Shown here one piece after another: positions 27,962-41,123 of a stretch of 64,000 bases of DNA; positions within the stretch are counted from its first letter, which is position 1; every line of letters starts with the position of its first letter. This DNA comes from Vicugna vicugna. Its lineage: Eukaryota. The notes under the pieces are model-generated. The model did not search any database and was not told the DNA's origin. It saw only the letters and a program-made list of their open reading frames with translations. The DNA lies in assembly GCA_013265495.1 (NCBI GenBank), contig MU058824.1, positions 558,001-622,000 on the forward strand, in the 5' to 3' direction. Both the position numbers and the translations under genes were made by a program.

Positions 27962-28338
27962 TTGGTGGTTCTCAAACCTCAGTGTGCCAAAAATTCATCC
28001 AAGGCCTTCTGTAAAATACAGATTCCTACAACATGGGGAGTATAGCCAATATTAATGGAGTCTAGCCTTTAAAAATTATAAAGCACTATATTGTACACCT
28101 GTAAATTATATAATATTGTATAACTTACTTCAATAAAAAATTTAAAGTAAATTAGCAATGATAATTAATAAAAATTCCAAACCCTTTGAAAACTGAAATA
28201 AATAGATTCCCACCTGCTTCCCCCCTTCCCCCCAATTCTGAGTCAGTGGGTCTGCGTGTGGCCAGGGAATCTGCATTTTAAGCAAACACATTGGCTTCTT
28301 CTGATAGAGGCAGTCTGGGTACCACACTTTGGGCAATG
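27962..28338. mobile_element. MER5-like element interrupted by a short L1 3' end (~28030-28200)
   Basis: ggtggttctcaaac start, ccacactttgggcaatg end; insert tatagccaatatt...ctatattgtacacctg...acttcaataaaaaa; aaata(c/t)agattcc repeated on both sides of the insert. Confidence 0.7.
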
Positions 28339-29969
28339 CAGACCTGTACCCAGAGTGGAACTGTAGCAGGTCCAGTGGTCAGTGTCAGGGAATGAGAAGG
28401 CTGAATCCTGGCAGTGCATTTAGTCCAATCTCCTCAGCATTCAGATAAGGAAACTGAGGCCCACAGAGGGGCAGGAACTGGCCTGAAATCTGGTGAACTG
28501 GCAGCAGTCTGAGAGGGTCTTCTGAGTAGCTTCATGAAAGCATTCCCTTTGCAGAGTCTTCATGCTGTTTACTCTGCAGGTCTAACATGTGTCAGCCAAG
28601 TTGTTTCCTAGGCTGTCTTGTTAACATATTTAAATGCTACTTGCTGGTGCCTGGTTTTATTTGCACAGTATCTCTTGTCTTTGGAGTCTGTTACTATACT
28701 AAGTGACACCAATTACCAGAAAACATCCTAGTTTGCTGGAAAATACTTGAAATGACCAACTAATGAGGATGTGAAGTATATTTTCTCATTAGTAATTATG
28801 TAGGCTCTGAAGCCAAGCCCAGTGTCTATATATACTTGTATTGCTAAATTAAAAGCAACTGTGGGGTAGAGAATAGCAACACTTCCAGGAGAAACAAATC
28901 AAATGTGACATGTTTTGACTGCAGTGATATATGATGATATGAGCTCACTTTTGAAGGAGAGAAGTTTGGCCCAAAGGAAAAGAGGAGGTCCCAGAGCCAG
29001 GAACGCCTCACAGAGCGAGGAACTCTCGTTCTGGCCTCTAAAACATCCTTCCCCCTGTGACTTGGAACAACTCCTTCACCTACCTTTCCCACTTACTACC
29101 TTAAAGGCATATAGGCTGGTACAAGGAGATTAGAACATACCTGTCTGGCAAACATTTTCTCATTTCTCTTATTTATCTAAGTCACTGGGGAAAGGCAGCA
29201 TCTTTAATCAACTGTTTTGGTTAACTGTCTGATTCAAACCTGACAGGGAAAATTCTTATTTACAATATAATAAATTATGGGTAACACTAAAATGTTAACA
29301 TTAGTTACCCTGAAGAATGGGTTAGGCAGGAATAAATGAAGAAGAGACTTTCATTTTTCATTCTGTTCATTTCTAAATGATTTGCCCTTTTTTCAAAACC
29401 AACGGGTATATATTGCTATTATTGTAATTTAAAAAATCTAATAAAGCTTCTATTTTTAAAAAACTGGTAAATTGCTTCTAAATGGCAGCATGGTGATATA
29501 CTGCCTTGAATGATGAGATTTGGGTCTAATCCTAGCTCTGTCACTGACCTTAGGGAAGCCACTTAACCTTTTTAAGCCTTTATTTACTCCTCTGAAAATA
29601 TGGGGGTTGGATTAGATGACCTCAAGATCACTTCCAGTTCTATGAATTCATAAATAAAAAACTTTAAGGAGAAGGCAATATGAAAATTGAGTTTCAATGA
29701 ATGACATTAAAAAAAAGTGAACTGAAACCATAAATTGTATCACATAAACTAGGCTCTAAGTGAACTTACGTAAGAATATATGAGATGGTGCCTAGCTAAA
29801 AGTAGGCACTCAATGAATTTATTTTGCTTCATTTGTTTTATGTTAATTATGTTTTAGAGAACAAAGCTAGTTCAGTCTTGTTAAGTAACAAGTTACCTAG
29901 CAACACATATTCTTTTATGTATATGTATATATATTCAAAGTTGCATTTAGGGACAGTGAGGTAAACTCT

Positions 29970-30760
29970 GGAATCATAAACTCTTAGAGTTGGAAGGACC
30001 TTAATATTAGCCAAAATAACCTCTCTTCTTGTGAGGAACCCTGTTATGTGTTCCCCTTAGTTACTTCTTGTGTTGGTGAACTCATGCTTCCACAGCAGCT
30101 CTTGTAGCCAAGAGAGCTTGTCCTTGTCCTCAGAGTGAGCTGGAAGGGTGCCCCCTCCTCCCCCGCCCCGATCTGCCCTTGGGAGCAACAGTCCTCTTTG
30201 CGACAGGGCAGAAGTGTGACCTAATCCTGCCAAACCTTCTCCATTTCTGTCTACTTATTTCCATTTCCTCCAACCATCCCTTGCAAGTTTCAGAAACAGT
30301 GTGTCCACAACTGTCTTAAATCCCAACTTGGAACTGAACTCCACGCTTAAAGTGTGCACAGACAGGACAGAGTCCATCGGACCACGACCAACTTGGTTCT
30401 GGTCCCATACTTCTACTACTGCAGCCTAAGCTAATTTAGCATCCCTCCCTTCCACCACACAAATACTTTGTTGGTTCTTATTGAGTGTGTATGGAATAGA
30501 CTCCAGAGATCTTCTTAACGTGAACTACTGACAGGCCAAGGCTCTCCCATTTTTAAAAATTCTAAATGCTGAGCTTCACATTTATTTTTGTTAACTTTCT
30601 TCATGATGGTTTCAGCCCATCCTGTTCCAACCTGTCGAAATCACTCTGAATGTTGATACTGACATCCATCATATTAGCGATCCCTCCCAGCTTTCTGTCA
30701 TCTGCAAATGTGATCAGCATGCCTTCCATGCCTTCATCCAAGTTTTTGATGAAAAATCAC
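29970..30760 (-). mobile_element. CR1/L3 LINE remnant
   Basis: ccctcccagctttctgtcatctgcaaat...ccttcatccaagt (antisense RT-region motif); tail aatcataaactcttagagttggaaggacctt. Confidence 0.7.
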
Positions 30761-31404
30761 TGTATTTTTTAAAAAAGACTTTTAATTTAATTGATTTCCA
30801 TCCAATTTTTGATAATTTTGTAAAGCTATCTAAAAGCAGGAGAATCCAAGCTATGAGGTTCAACCTGATTCCAAAACAATGCAGTTAAAATAAATACACT
30901 TTGCAAAATTGAGCCAGGCCCCAAAGGTAGTATCAGTGTGACCCAGACTCTGGCATGGTCAATCTGCTATTTTGGACAAAGCTAGCAATTAAATTGGATA
31001 AATGTTTGTTGATGAGGATGATGACTCTAGTCTAACACACTGAATGGTGCAGAAGCAAGCAAACACAGTGGATTGATTTTTCAGTGTGGAGACAATTCCC
31101 AGCTGGGACAACTCAAAGGACTAGGGAGGGATTGCCACTGAATAACTAATTAGACCATGTAGACCAATCATTGGGTAATTTGAGGCCCCCCAAATCACGC
31201 TGGGGCCTAAATTCTCTGAGCTGGCCATTGGCAGTAATTTCAAATGGCCTGGAACAACGTCAGATTGCGTGCTGCAGTCTCAGTGTAGGCAGTGCCGAGA
31301 AGCTTCATTAACTTAGATGAGTTGCATAAGGGAAAGCCAAAGTTGGTTCATGGAAGTCTTTATTCCCAGATGCATTTCTATCAGTCACTCTCACTAAGAC
31401 CAGA

Positions 31405-31890
31405 GAGGCAAGGAAGCTTGGTATTTAAGAGCACAGACTTTGGGGCCCAAAACATTTGGTTTCGAATTCTATCTCTGATACATATTAGCTATGTGACCTT
31501 GGGCAAGTCAGTCCTTTAGCCTTTCTCAGTTTTATTAATCTCCTCATCTATGAAATAGAGATCCTAACACTTACCTTAGTGGGATTGCTATGTGGCACCT
31601 GACAAGTGTAATGTTCATACTCATCAGAACATTCAACAAATGATGGAATAAGGTTTGGTCAAGGAGATAACATACAGGGCACTCTGCTAGAGCTTTGACA
31701 AGTATTATATTTAAACTTCACAAACAACCCCAGGAAATAGATATTATTATTATTATTACTACTCTATAATACAAATGAGGAAACTGAGGTATTAAAAGAT
31801 TTAATCAGTTGCTCAAGCTAGTACATGGTGGTGGTGGGATTTAATCAAGGCCTGCAAGGTTCCAAAGCCTAAGCCCTTACCACTGCATTA
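31405..31890. mobile_element. Two oppositely oriented MIR SINEs
   Basis: tgtgaccttgggcaagtc...ctcatctatgaaat, then acaaatgaggaaactgagg. Confidence 0.7.
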
Positions 31891-33318
31891 TTTTATTAGA
31901 CTATTATTTGAGACTTGACTTCAGTCAAATGATGCTACTTGTAATCAGAGTAAGAGTCCTCAACCTTTGATGCTAAGGATCTGCCACACTTCTCATATGA
32001 AGTCCTGTGCTCAGGCATGGAGAGGAGGCTTCACAGCCTGTAATAAGGGAGGGGGTGAGGGAAGGATGACAGCAGATATACCTGTCACCCCTTCACTTTT
32101 GTCAACAATGCAACCTAAAAGGAGGGAACAGAACAGATACATTTACACTCCTGGCCAGCCCTTCAACCAGAAGTTTGAAGTACTGATTGGACCTGGAGAA
32201 AGCAATCTGGTAGTAGCTGCCAAGCCAGATCAACCCCCTGGGATCCCAAACTGGTATCTTTCTCATTTGCGTGCAAAGTCTAAGTTTTCTCGTCATGGGG
32301 TAACTATCCTTACAGTTCATGGTTCTTTAAATGGTTAGATGAGACAATGTACCACAATGTCTAGCATGTAGAAACTGCTCAATAACCACGATCATCTTCC
32401 TTTCTTTTCTTCTTTGGTAAGATCCTGTCTTGCTATAAGTTTGCTTTTCTAAGTCTCTTTAAAAACTGCCTTCCAGTAATGTTTATACATTTGCTCAGAA
32501 AATCCTTTCTCATGGTTCTTCTTTGTGATATCCAAATTTCTGGGAATTTGCATAGTTCAAATTGACGATATTTTACTATATCCCATATGAAATAAAAATG
32601 TTGATATGTTTTGGTTGACTTAAAATAACAACACTGGTAATCATTTATGGTTTTCAAATGTTTTCTCAACCATCATTCCTGTGTGACTGATGTTCAAAAC
32701 ATCCCTCTGAGATTAAACATTGTAATCATCTCCACTGTAGGGATGAGAAAGCCAAGAGTGGGATCCAGGTGACACAGGCAGGAAGCAGCAGAGGCGGCGT
32801 TCCATCCCAGTCCTCCTGACACCTCCTGATATCAAGGCCAGAGTCTGCTCCTCTCCATCAATGGTCTAATCCCTCTGAATAAGCAGCAGGTCAATCAATG
32901 CCGATGCTATTGGGTAAACAGTTTAAGGATAACTTGAAGCTTACCCAGATGTTTGGTCATAATGTGGAAAAAAAAACCCCCAAAAAACCAGCAGTTGCTT
33001 TGTCTCAACCATGAAAGAAATCTACAAATTGCAATTCACCTGTTCAGATTTTCTTTGGCACAACCATCAGGAATCCTGCAACAATGAGTACGACAGGTGC
33101 AGCACTGTCAGGGTCATTTGTTAAGGCATTTAGAGATTCAATAAAGCAAAAATTATTTGGTGCAATAGATGCACTAGAAGTACTAAATGAAGTGAAAAAT
33201 ACAGAAAAGGTATGGAAGCTGTTTAGCACAATGCCAGGCACAAAGTCATTCAATCCACTCTTATTACTAGTATTGTGAATAGAAAACCTGATCATTCACA
33301 GGACATAATAAAACTTAC

Positions 33319-33491
33319 TCTGGAATAATCAAGATCTCTGGGCGTTGAGTCTGTTAAAGCTCGGACCAGGGCATTCATCATACAGATCGGAGGAGAAGGT
33401 GGGGAGGGCTGAGACGGTTCCTGCTGTAATGGGCTCTTTGGTTTGGAAGGCAGCCGACCTCTCCTCCCTTTCAGACTATCTGTACGGACCA
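33319..33491 (-). CDS. NR4A3: NR4A3 exon 5: C-terminal extension (T/A-box), hinge, start of ligand-binding domain
   Basis: tcag|TGGTCCGT...TCCAGA|gtaagt; 173 nt; [21 protein letters not shown]...RDLDYSR. Confidence 0.99.
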
Positions 33492-33943
33492 CTGACACAG
33501 AGAGAAAGAAAGAAGATATCCATGAATAGCCATAAATCACAAAAAAAGGAATCAAAACACTTCACAGCTGAGCAAATCATTAATGAGACCAACCATTAAA
33601 AAGTGGCAGTAAGTTTGGAATAATATCCACACAATGATTTAATGAGAGTTGAAATAAGCAGCATAAAAGCCACCCCATACTTACATTTGGTAATGAATTA
33701 GCCCTAAAAGTCTCTTCCTCAAACAGAACAAAGATGTGCATACACAAGCTCTCTATTGATTTTGAGAAATTAGAATAAGTAGTCCTCAGCTATTTTTAAA
33801 TGTAAATATACACCACAAAAATAAAATGTTGAAAGGAAAGGAAAACCAGGAAAATTCACCATCCCAATATAAATATTAACTTCTTTTCAGTGATAACTGA
33901 GAATATTCATAAGCAACCTGGATAAAAAGCATTATATCCATAC

Positions 33944-34073
33944 CTTCTTTAACCATTCCGACACTGAGACACTTCTGAAATCGACAGTACTGACATCGGT
34001 TTCGACGTCTCTTGTCTACTGGGCAGTTTTTATTTGCCAGGCAAACATATTTTGCATTTTTCTGCACCGTTCT
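33944..34073 (-). CDS. NR4A3: NR4A3 exon 4: second zinc finger
   Basis: ctcag|AGAACG...GAAG|gtatgg; 130 nt; [43 protein letters not shown]. Confidence 0.99.
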
Positions 34074-36359
34074 CTGAGAAAATACAATACAGAGATAGTC
34101 AACTAATAGTTTCTGGAAAGAGGTAGGACCTGACAAGATGTATTTTAATTACAACGTGAAAAGCGACAGTGCAATTCGTATAATTAGATAAATTTAATTT
34201 CCTAACACGCTAGCCTGCAGGAAAAACAATTTTATTAGTGTTAGCTGCTGACAATGGAAATCATCTTGGATTGTTCTGAAGCAAGTCTCAGGAGACACCC
34301 AAGTCTGAATGATAAAATCATATCTGAAATTACCAGGTCAACATATCATACCTTGGAGGATTAGATTATCTCCACTTTTAATATCCCTTTGGGAACAATT
34401 TTCTACTTGTTCCACTCCCCTGATTATTGCTGACCTTATTAAAATAAAATAAAAATTATCTAGGATGTACTTTGTTGGCTATCACCACTGTAAGTCAAAT
34501 ATCACAGAAACTGGCTTTGTTCCCCCAATAGAGATGAAATCATAAAGAGCAAAAACCAGGATTTGTCTAGTTATAACATACAGGAAATAATGTTTTAATG
34601 CAAAAAAGGTCACTTAATCAGCCTGTGTGCTGTATCTTATTTTTTAAAGAATATATATGGTAAATTGACCATTTCTGACTTTTGAAAGCAAAATCTTAAA
34701 ATTGGATACTAAAAACCACTATCACATCCAAGAAAGAAAAAAAATCAAATAAACAAAAAGGAATGAAAGAAAGGAAGAACCATACATTTTCAATGAAAAT
34801 TCCCATTAATAGATTATTTCATAAGTGACTACTGATATCTAGATATCTAGGTATTTAAATAGCCATATAGTAAAAGACACATCATAAAATTTGAGCTTGG
34901 GCATAAAATAATGGTGTATTCTTCAGAATCATATAATTTTAAAATGACACATGAATACATAATTAAGGATATTTTATGTTCCAAATATAAGAAAATGCTT
35001 GATTTTTTAAAAAATTAAAAACATTTGTGCAAATGGATATGTATTTACCACTTAGAGTGAAATCATTCAGAAATTACCTGAATCTATTCGACTCTAAATA
35101 GAGCAGAAGGTTGTAATTTATTTGGTAAGCCTGGGCTGCATAAAAAAAAAGAAATCCAGGTAATTTGGGATCGGTGATCTATTTTGTGCCTAAAGTTCTA
35201 GATTTACCTTCTATCTTTTTTAACTTTCAGCAATTCTCAACCCTCTTGTATCAGTTTTCACTCTATCACCTTTTAACTTCATTTTAAAAGATCATTTCTA
35301 AACTGCTTATATAAAATTTAAAGCCAGATCCATTTCCCCTGCTTTAGCAGGTGATTTTAGTTTAAAATGCAAAATTCCCCAAACACAAACAAGTTTCTAA
35401 GTTTCCAGCATTTAAATTCTCAGCAGTCTGTAAGGGTAGGAAACTTGTGTTTCCTGAATGAAGCTCTCTTTCACTGAACATGCAGTAATTTAAAAAACTC
35501 TATTTCTTGCCATCATTTTCAAAGCCATATGCCAATTTGAGTGCTGGTGGCATTTTGCTTCAGGTATATATTTTCCCAGTAACCTGAAACCCTCCCCACA
35601 TTTGTGTGTGTCTGCACAACAGTTTAAGGACAGGGAGAGATCGTTATGGTTCAATCACTGAATTCCCATCATTAACTGCACTTCATGTCACATTTTTAAA
35701 GAATTCAATTTAATGGTAGAAAGCCACTGGGTAAAACCTGCTCCCGTTCCCTTAATTAACAGATCTGTGGGGTGGTTCTCCCCCATCTTCCCCCACCCTT
35801 TCAAGTATAGATTTGTTTTCAAGGGATTGCTGCAGAAAAAGGATGCTGTTGGGGAACACTTAATTGACATTTCTAGACTAGGAATGTATTACCACTCCTG
35901 TATTTTGGCCAACTCTCAATTATTCAGGGGTGATTATATTTGTGGATTACTTGTACTTCTCTTAATTCTTTTTCTTTCTTTTCCCCATTTCTTTTCCTTC
36001 TGCCCGTTTCACTGCCCTTCAGCATTTCCACTGAAATGCTGTAAAAATCAAATCTGCTAAAGGTATACGGTTACTTGAAACTAACCCTGGTAAAGCTTGA
36101 GTAAAAACAGAAGAAAAAAAAAAGTTACACTGATGGTTCTACATTTAAAACATTATAATCCTGCATACCTCCTGTATGGCACTTAACCTATTGCAGAATC
36201 TTTCCACAGGCACTTTCTCATTTATCTGCAGAATTTAATCACATGATTCCTATCTCCAGATCAAAAATAACTGTTGCTTGTTGGTATGTTTACCAATGCA
36301 CACACATGCATTTTTTTAAATAAATACTTTGTAGTTTGCATTTATAGTGAACTATTGTT

Positions 36360-37290
36360 ATTGTTTTATAGCCCTTTAAAGATTATAAAGTGCTTTCATA
36401 AATATTTTACCTTATTTAACACTCACAGCCCTTCTCTAAATTTTATTCACCTGATAGGGAAACTGAGGCCTGGAAGAAAGTGTCATGGCCAACATCATAA
36501 CATTGGTAGGTGGCAGATGAAGGACTCCTATTTGAGTATTCAGACTCCAATTCCAGCTTGCTCCCAGATACATCCTATTGGCCTACAAATCCCCGTTACC
36601 CAATCAGCATCCAGCTTCCCCTCTCCCTCCACCCTGCCTGGTACAGGAGGCTAGGAGGTGATTATTGTGGGAGAACATTGTGGGTTTGCAGATCCCTGGG
36701 ATAATGGCCAGGGGAGTGGGAAGTGGGGAAGGTGGCACAGAATTAAGTGTCTGAAGAGGTCTGGGAGTCAAGAGCAAAAGTAGAGCAGCAAGAGAACAAG
36801 TCCTCTTTCCTCTGAGTGGTGAAAAGAGCACTGAACTCAAGAGTCAGAAGAAGGCACCTGGAACTTTCCCCGTGTACCACTAAATCACCTCTCCAGCTTC
36901 AGTTTCCTCACGGGCAAAATAAGGTGAAGGCTGAAGACTGTAAAATTCTCACTGTAAAATTCTTCCTTGGGTCTATGAGATATTGCAGCATGTCCACACC
37001 TGGCACTATGTGTGGCACAGAAGTGGAGAGGGTGGGTGAGACCCCAGCTTCTGTCTTCTAAGGAGGGCTCCCCCAAACTGTATCCACCAGTTGACTCTGT
37101 CTGTACTGCAACTCAGAGCTGTGAAGAGGGCATGCCCTTTGGGGTCATGCAAACATGAGCTGGCATCGTGCCTTCATTTCACCCGCTGAGTGTGTGTCCA
37201 GGGGCAATTGAATAACCTCTCTGAGCCTCCATTTCCTCATCTATGAAACAAGGATAATTAATTTCAACCTTCAAGACGCTGTTGATAAAA
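36360..37290. mobile_element. Cluster of three MIR fragments
   Basis: gggaaactgaggcc (~36457); cagtttcctcacgggcaaaat (~36900); ctctgagcctccatttcctcatctatgaaac (~37220). Confidence 0.65.
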
Positions 37291-37719
37291 ATAGCTAGTG
37301 GGTGGCCAGAATTCAATCTGAGCTCTGTCCCAGCTCTGACGATGAGGATTAAACAAGATACAAATATCCAAGACCTGGCAGACGGACTCTATCCCTCAGA
37401 CATCCTGGATGGACAGAAGAGGAACACAACGAAGTGTTTGCATTTCTGAGGTCACAGATCCCTTTGGGAATCTGCTGAAAGCTCCCTCCAGAAAAATGAG
37501 CATAAGGTAATGCCAAGACAGGAAGTTCACAGCCCTCTCAAGTCCATCTGGGGCGGTCTCCTGTAACGAACATCAAGTTAAAAAGCCCTGAGAAAGCGGG
37601 TTTGAAGGTGCTAGAAAAGGCTACAGAAACGCACAGTATAACCATTATGCCTCTTAAACAGGGAGGGATCCGCTTAGATGCTCACTTGAGCGAGTGGTTG
37701 AGGAGGCTGGTAGCGGAGG

Positions 37720-38500
37720 GGAGGGGGCGCCTGAGGAGGCGTGAGCTCACCTTGAAGAAGCCCTTGCAGCCCTCGCAGGTGCGCACGCCGTAGTGCTGGC
37801 AGGCGGCGTTGTCCCCGCACACAGCGCACGTGCCCTCGCCGGACGCCGAGCTCCTGTTGGGCGGCGACGGCAGGCTGGGGCTCTCGCCCAGCAGGCTGGA
37901 CGCGGTGGGGGAAGCCGTAAGGCCGAGCGGCGGGAAAGCCAGCGGGGCTGCCCTCTTGGCCAACGGCAGCCCGTACGGGTGGCCCTCGAGCGCTGCGGCC
38001 TGGCTGCCCGCGGCGGCGGCGGCAGCGGCGACGGCTCCCAGCGGCAGACTGAGCGCGGCGGCGGCCGTCGGGTCGTAGCCGAGGTGGTGGCCGCCGGCCG
38101 GGCTGGGCGCAGGTGGGTGCGGCGGCGAGGGCTTGAAGTGGAAGAGCGGGAAGCGCGCGCCGGCCACGGAGGGCACCGCCTTCATTGGCGGGTCGAGCAG
38201 CGGGCCAGGAGCGATGCAGCCCTGCGTGGAGGGCAGCGGGTCGTCCCACAGTGCCCCAGCCTGCGGCGGGAAGCCCGGCGTGGTCGGGGTGGATGGCGGG
38301 GACTGCTTGAAGTACATGGAAGTGCTGGGCAGCACCTCGTCCTCCGGGCCGGAGGGGGGCGGAATGGATGGCTGCTGCTGTTGCTGCTGGTGATGGTGGT
38401 GGTGGTGGTGGTGGTCATGGTGGTGATGGTGGTAGCCGTGTGCGCGGCCCTCCTCTATCTTGATCAGGGGCCGCGGCCCCGATGGCTGCATTTGGTACAG
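37720..38500. other. Intragenic CpG island over exon 3
   Basis: CpG-dense coding sequence. Confidence 0.75.
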
Positions 38501-38725
38501 GCAGGAGGGCTTGAGTTCGTAGTTGCTCGAGTAGCCTTCCATGAAGGTACTGAAGCTAGGCAGAGACGTGGTAGCAGTGGCCGTGATCTCCGTGGTGCCG
38601 AGGTCCATGGTCAGCTTGGTGTAGTCAGGATTCATGATCTCCGGGGTGTATTCCGAGCCATACGTCTGCGCTGCATAACTGGAACCTGGAGGCGAAGGGC
38701 TATACTGGGCTTGCACGCAGGGCAT
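37751..38725 (-). CDS. NR4A3: NR4A3 first coding exon (exon 3): AF-1 domain with His/Gln and Ala tracts, first zinc finger
   Basis: Acceptor cag|ATATGCCC (exon starts 38727). Encodes [16 protein letters not shown]...[26 protein letters not shown] (P-box CEGCKG). Donor AAG|gtgagc. 325 codons. Confidence 0.99.
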
Positions 38726-39981
38726 ATCTGCAGGGACAGGGAAAAAGGTCTCAGAAGCAAGTCAGCACTCTTTCTAGCTAATAGGCAGTAATGGATTCAC
38801 TGCTCTCTAATTTGGGAAACAGAGAGGAAGTGGCATCCTATCCTCCTAATAGCATAGATTTAAAGCTCCATTCTCCTTCCCACTCCTCCTCCCTCCCTTC
38901 TTTCCTTCCTTTCCCTCTTCCTTCCCTGAGAAGAAAGTTGAATCTCTGACAGATTGTCAAAAGGCCAAAACCCGGCTTCCTGGGGGCCTCTGTGTCCACC
39001 TTCCCTCCCTTGCCCTGTCCTCCACCAGATCTGGGAAATTTGATGTCTTCCCTTATAAGTCCAGTGGTGTTTTTAAAAAGTTGTTTTGAGCCCTATTGAT
39101 TAATTGGAGTGACCTCAGCCACAAATTGGGAGGACTAAAAGAAATGCAGTGAATGCTCTGTTGGTTTTCTTGGGGGAAAGAGGCTAGAGGTCCCCCAAAT
39201 CACACTCTTTAATTTATAAACCTATGAGTTAGTTAAAAAAAAGTGTCCTACGTGGGACTCACTGGCCCAGTGACATTCTAATATTTTATGAGTGCCAACT
39301 GAGGCCACCCACACACGTTGTGGTCGCTTTCTCCCACCCCCTCCCCACTCCTCCAAATAGGGCTAGCAGCCTGCTCAAACTGGACCCCTGTTGATGATTT
39401 CAGCCAGCTAGGTGGTGAGGTGGGAACATAGGCCCAGGAAATGGACTCGGGGGAGTTTGTACCATCTGCAAAGAAAAAGATCAGCAGCTGCAACAAAACA
39501 CCCACCAAACCTGCTCTCTGCCATATACACTATATACACTACATACACATATTCCCCCAATTCTAATAAAATTTATCAGTGGCTACTTTATGACAACAGT
39601 TTACAGTTATCATAACAGGTGAGTTAGCTACATATTTTCTTATGACAGAAGAAATAGCACCCCTAGAAAACAAAGCAGTTTAACAGGTTTAGTTTCTCTG
39701 AGCTCCCAAAGCAACAGATATCCATGGTGCTTACTATTGCTCAGAGAGGTTGAGCTGGATGAGAAGACCCTAAGAATTACGGTTCTATTGGATGATTTAT
39801 CTAATTATTTCCCTTTCTTTATGGCTAAATATGAATAGTAAAATGGGCAGTTTCTGGTGGTTGGTTTTTCTGAACCAAAAGGAAAACCAGGTGCTTAACA
39901 TCTCTTTGGAGTCTGCGGTGTAAAAAGTGTGACTAATAGAAAAGTGAATGCTTCACATTTCCTTTGACATCTTTCTCTTAC

Positions 39982-40053
39982 CCACATTTCCAAATCTGAT
40001 TGAGTCATGCATGTATGGGATGAAATCTTGACTTGAAAAAAGGTGATGAGGGC
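39982..40053 (-). CDS. NR4A3: NR4A3 72-nt alternative cassette exon in intron 2; ATG at 40012 gives the MHDSIRFGNVD N-terminal extension
   Basis: ccaacag|GCCCTC...ATGCATGACTCAATCAGATTTGGAAATGTGG|gtaaga. Joined to exon 3 (AT ATG) it reads MHDSIRFGNVD-MPCV, matching my recall of the longer human isoform. Confidence 0.85.
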
Positions 40054-40949
40054 CTGTTGGAAGAAGCAGTGATGAGGAGAGGCCAGTTCAAGCCTTTATT
40101 TTCCAAGCAGGGCCTTACAAACACTCATTAGTTTGAAGTTAAAGGAATACTTATCTTGCTTTCCAGTTGTTGGGGTGAAATGAAAGGATAGTCATTTAAA
40201 AGAAAGAACATTGTCTGATGTTTCATCTATTCTCTCTTCAGAACTTTTAGGATTTCTCCATTAGTCTGTTCTATCACTTGTCTTTGCCAATCCCTACCTA
40301 TTGCTCTTCTTTGTGTCCTTCTGAGGTTTCCAGCAAATAGAATATGAGCTTGCTGGAACTCAGTTATATTTATCTGCATATCTTTGGTGCCTACACAGGC
40401 CAGGCACCTGGTATCCCTTTAGCAAATGCATAAAGAGGTGTTACAAGCCAAATCTGCAGTCCTTTCTTTTGCCCAACTAAAGTTTACTCCTTGGTTTTCA
40501 GCTCAAATGCTTTTTCTCTTTCTCTCTGAGCTTCAATATTCCAAATGTCTGCACCCAAATGATTTGGGTTTTGTACGAAAAAAATGCTCTTGTATTGTTC
40601 AAAATGATCCCATAACTCTTAAATGCATTAGCATTAAAAGGACAGGGGGAAAAAAGACATGTATAAGAAGATCCTAATCTATTGGTGTATTTGCATTTTT
40701 CTCAGGAAGAATATCTTTGAGAAATACAATGCTTAATTTAACCTGGCTGCTTCACTGGGTAGCAACAGGGTGTGGTATCCAGAAGAGCTTCGTGCATGGA
40801 AGCCACCTGTGCTGTGAAATCCGTGGCCAGCAGTCACTCACTGTCCTGGCGCTGGGCAAGTCGACCAACCTGCCCGCTGGGTGTGTGGCTCCTCTCCACG
40901 CCCCCACCTCTCCCAGCTCGGAAGGAATAAGGGGTTGTGCCAGACCTAC

Positions 40950-41123
40950 CTGGAGGATATCTTGCGCGCTGAATGGTGGGGCTGGGGGTCTCTCCAGCGG
41001 AGGCTGAGAGTGGAGGAGGTGGAGATGTCCTGCGGGGCGAAGCAGCGGCAGTGCTGCCCGGCTCCGCTGAGGGTCCAGTCTCAGGGCTGGGGCTTGCCGG
41101 GCTGCGCTCTTCCGCAGTGGACT
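40950..41123 (-). other. NR4A3: NR4A3 exon 2 (5'UTR, 174 nt)
   Basis: cccgcag|AGTCCACTGCGG...TATCCTCCAG|gtaggt; resembles the recalled human 5'UTR directly upstream of ATATGCCC. Confidence 0.9.

Noticed and set aside
37682..37750. ORF-track extension VSSRLLRR... past exon 3
   Set aside because: Intron read-through beyond a consensus AAG|gtgagc donor; it would split the zinc-finger domain and has no support.
37793..38791. 332-aa antisense ORF and other overlapping ORFs on exon 3
   Set aside because: Shadow of a GC-rich coding exon; non-ATG start, low complexity, no recognisable domain.
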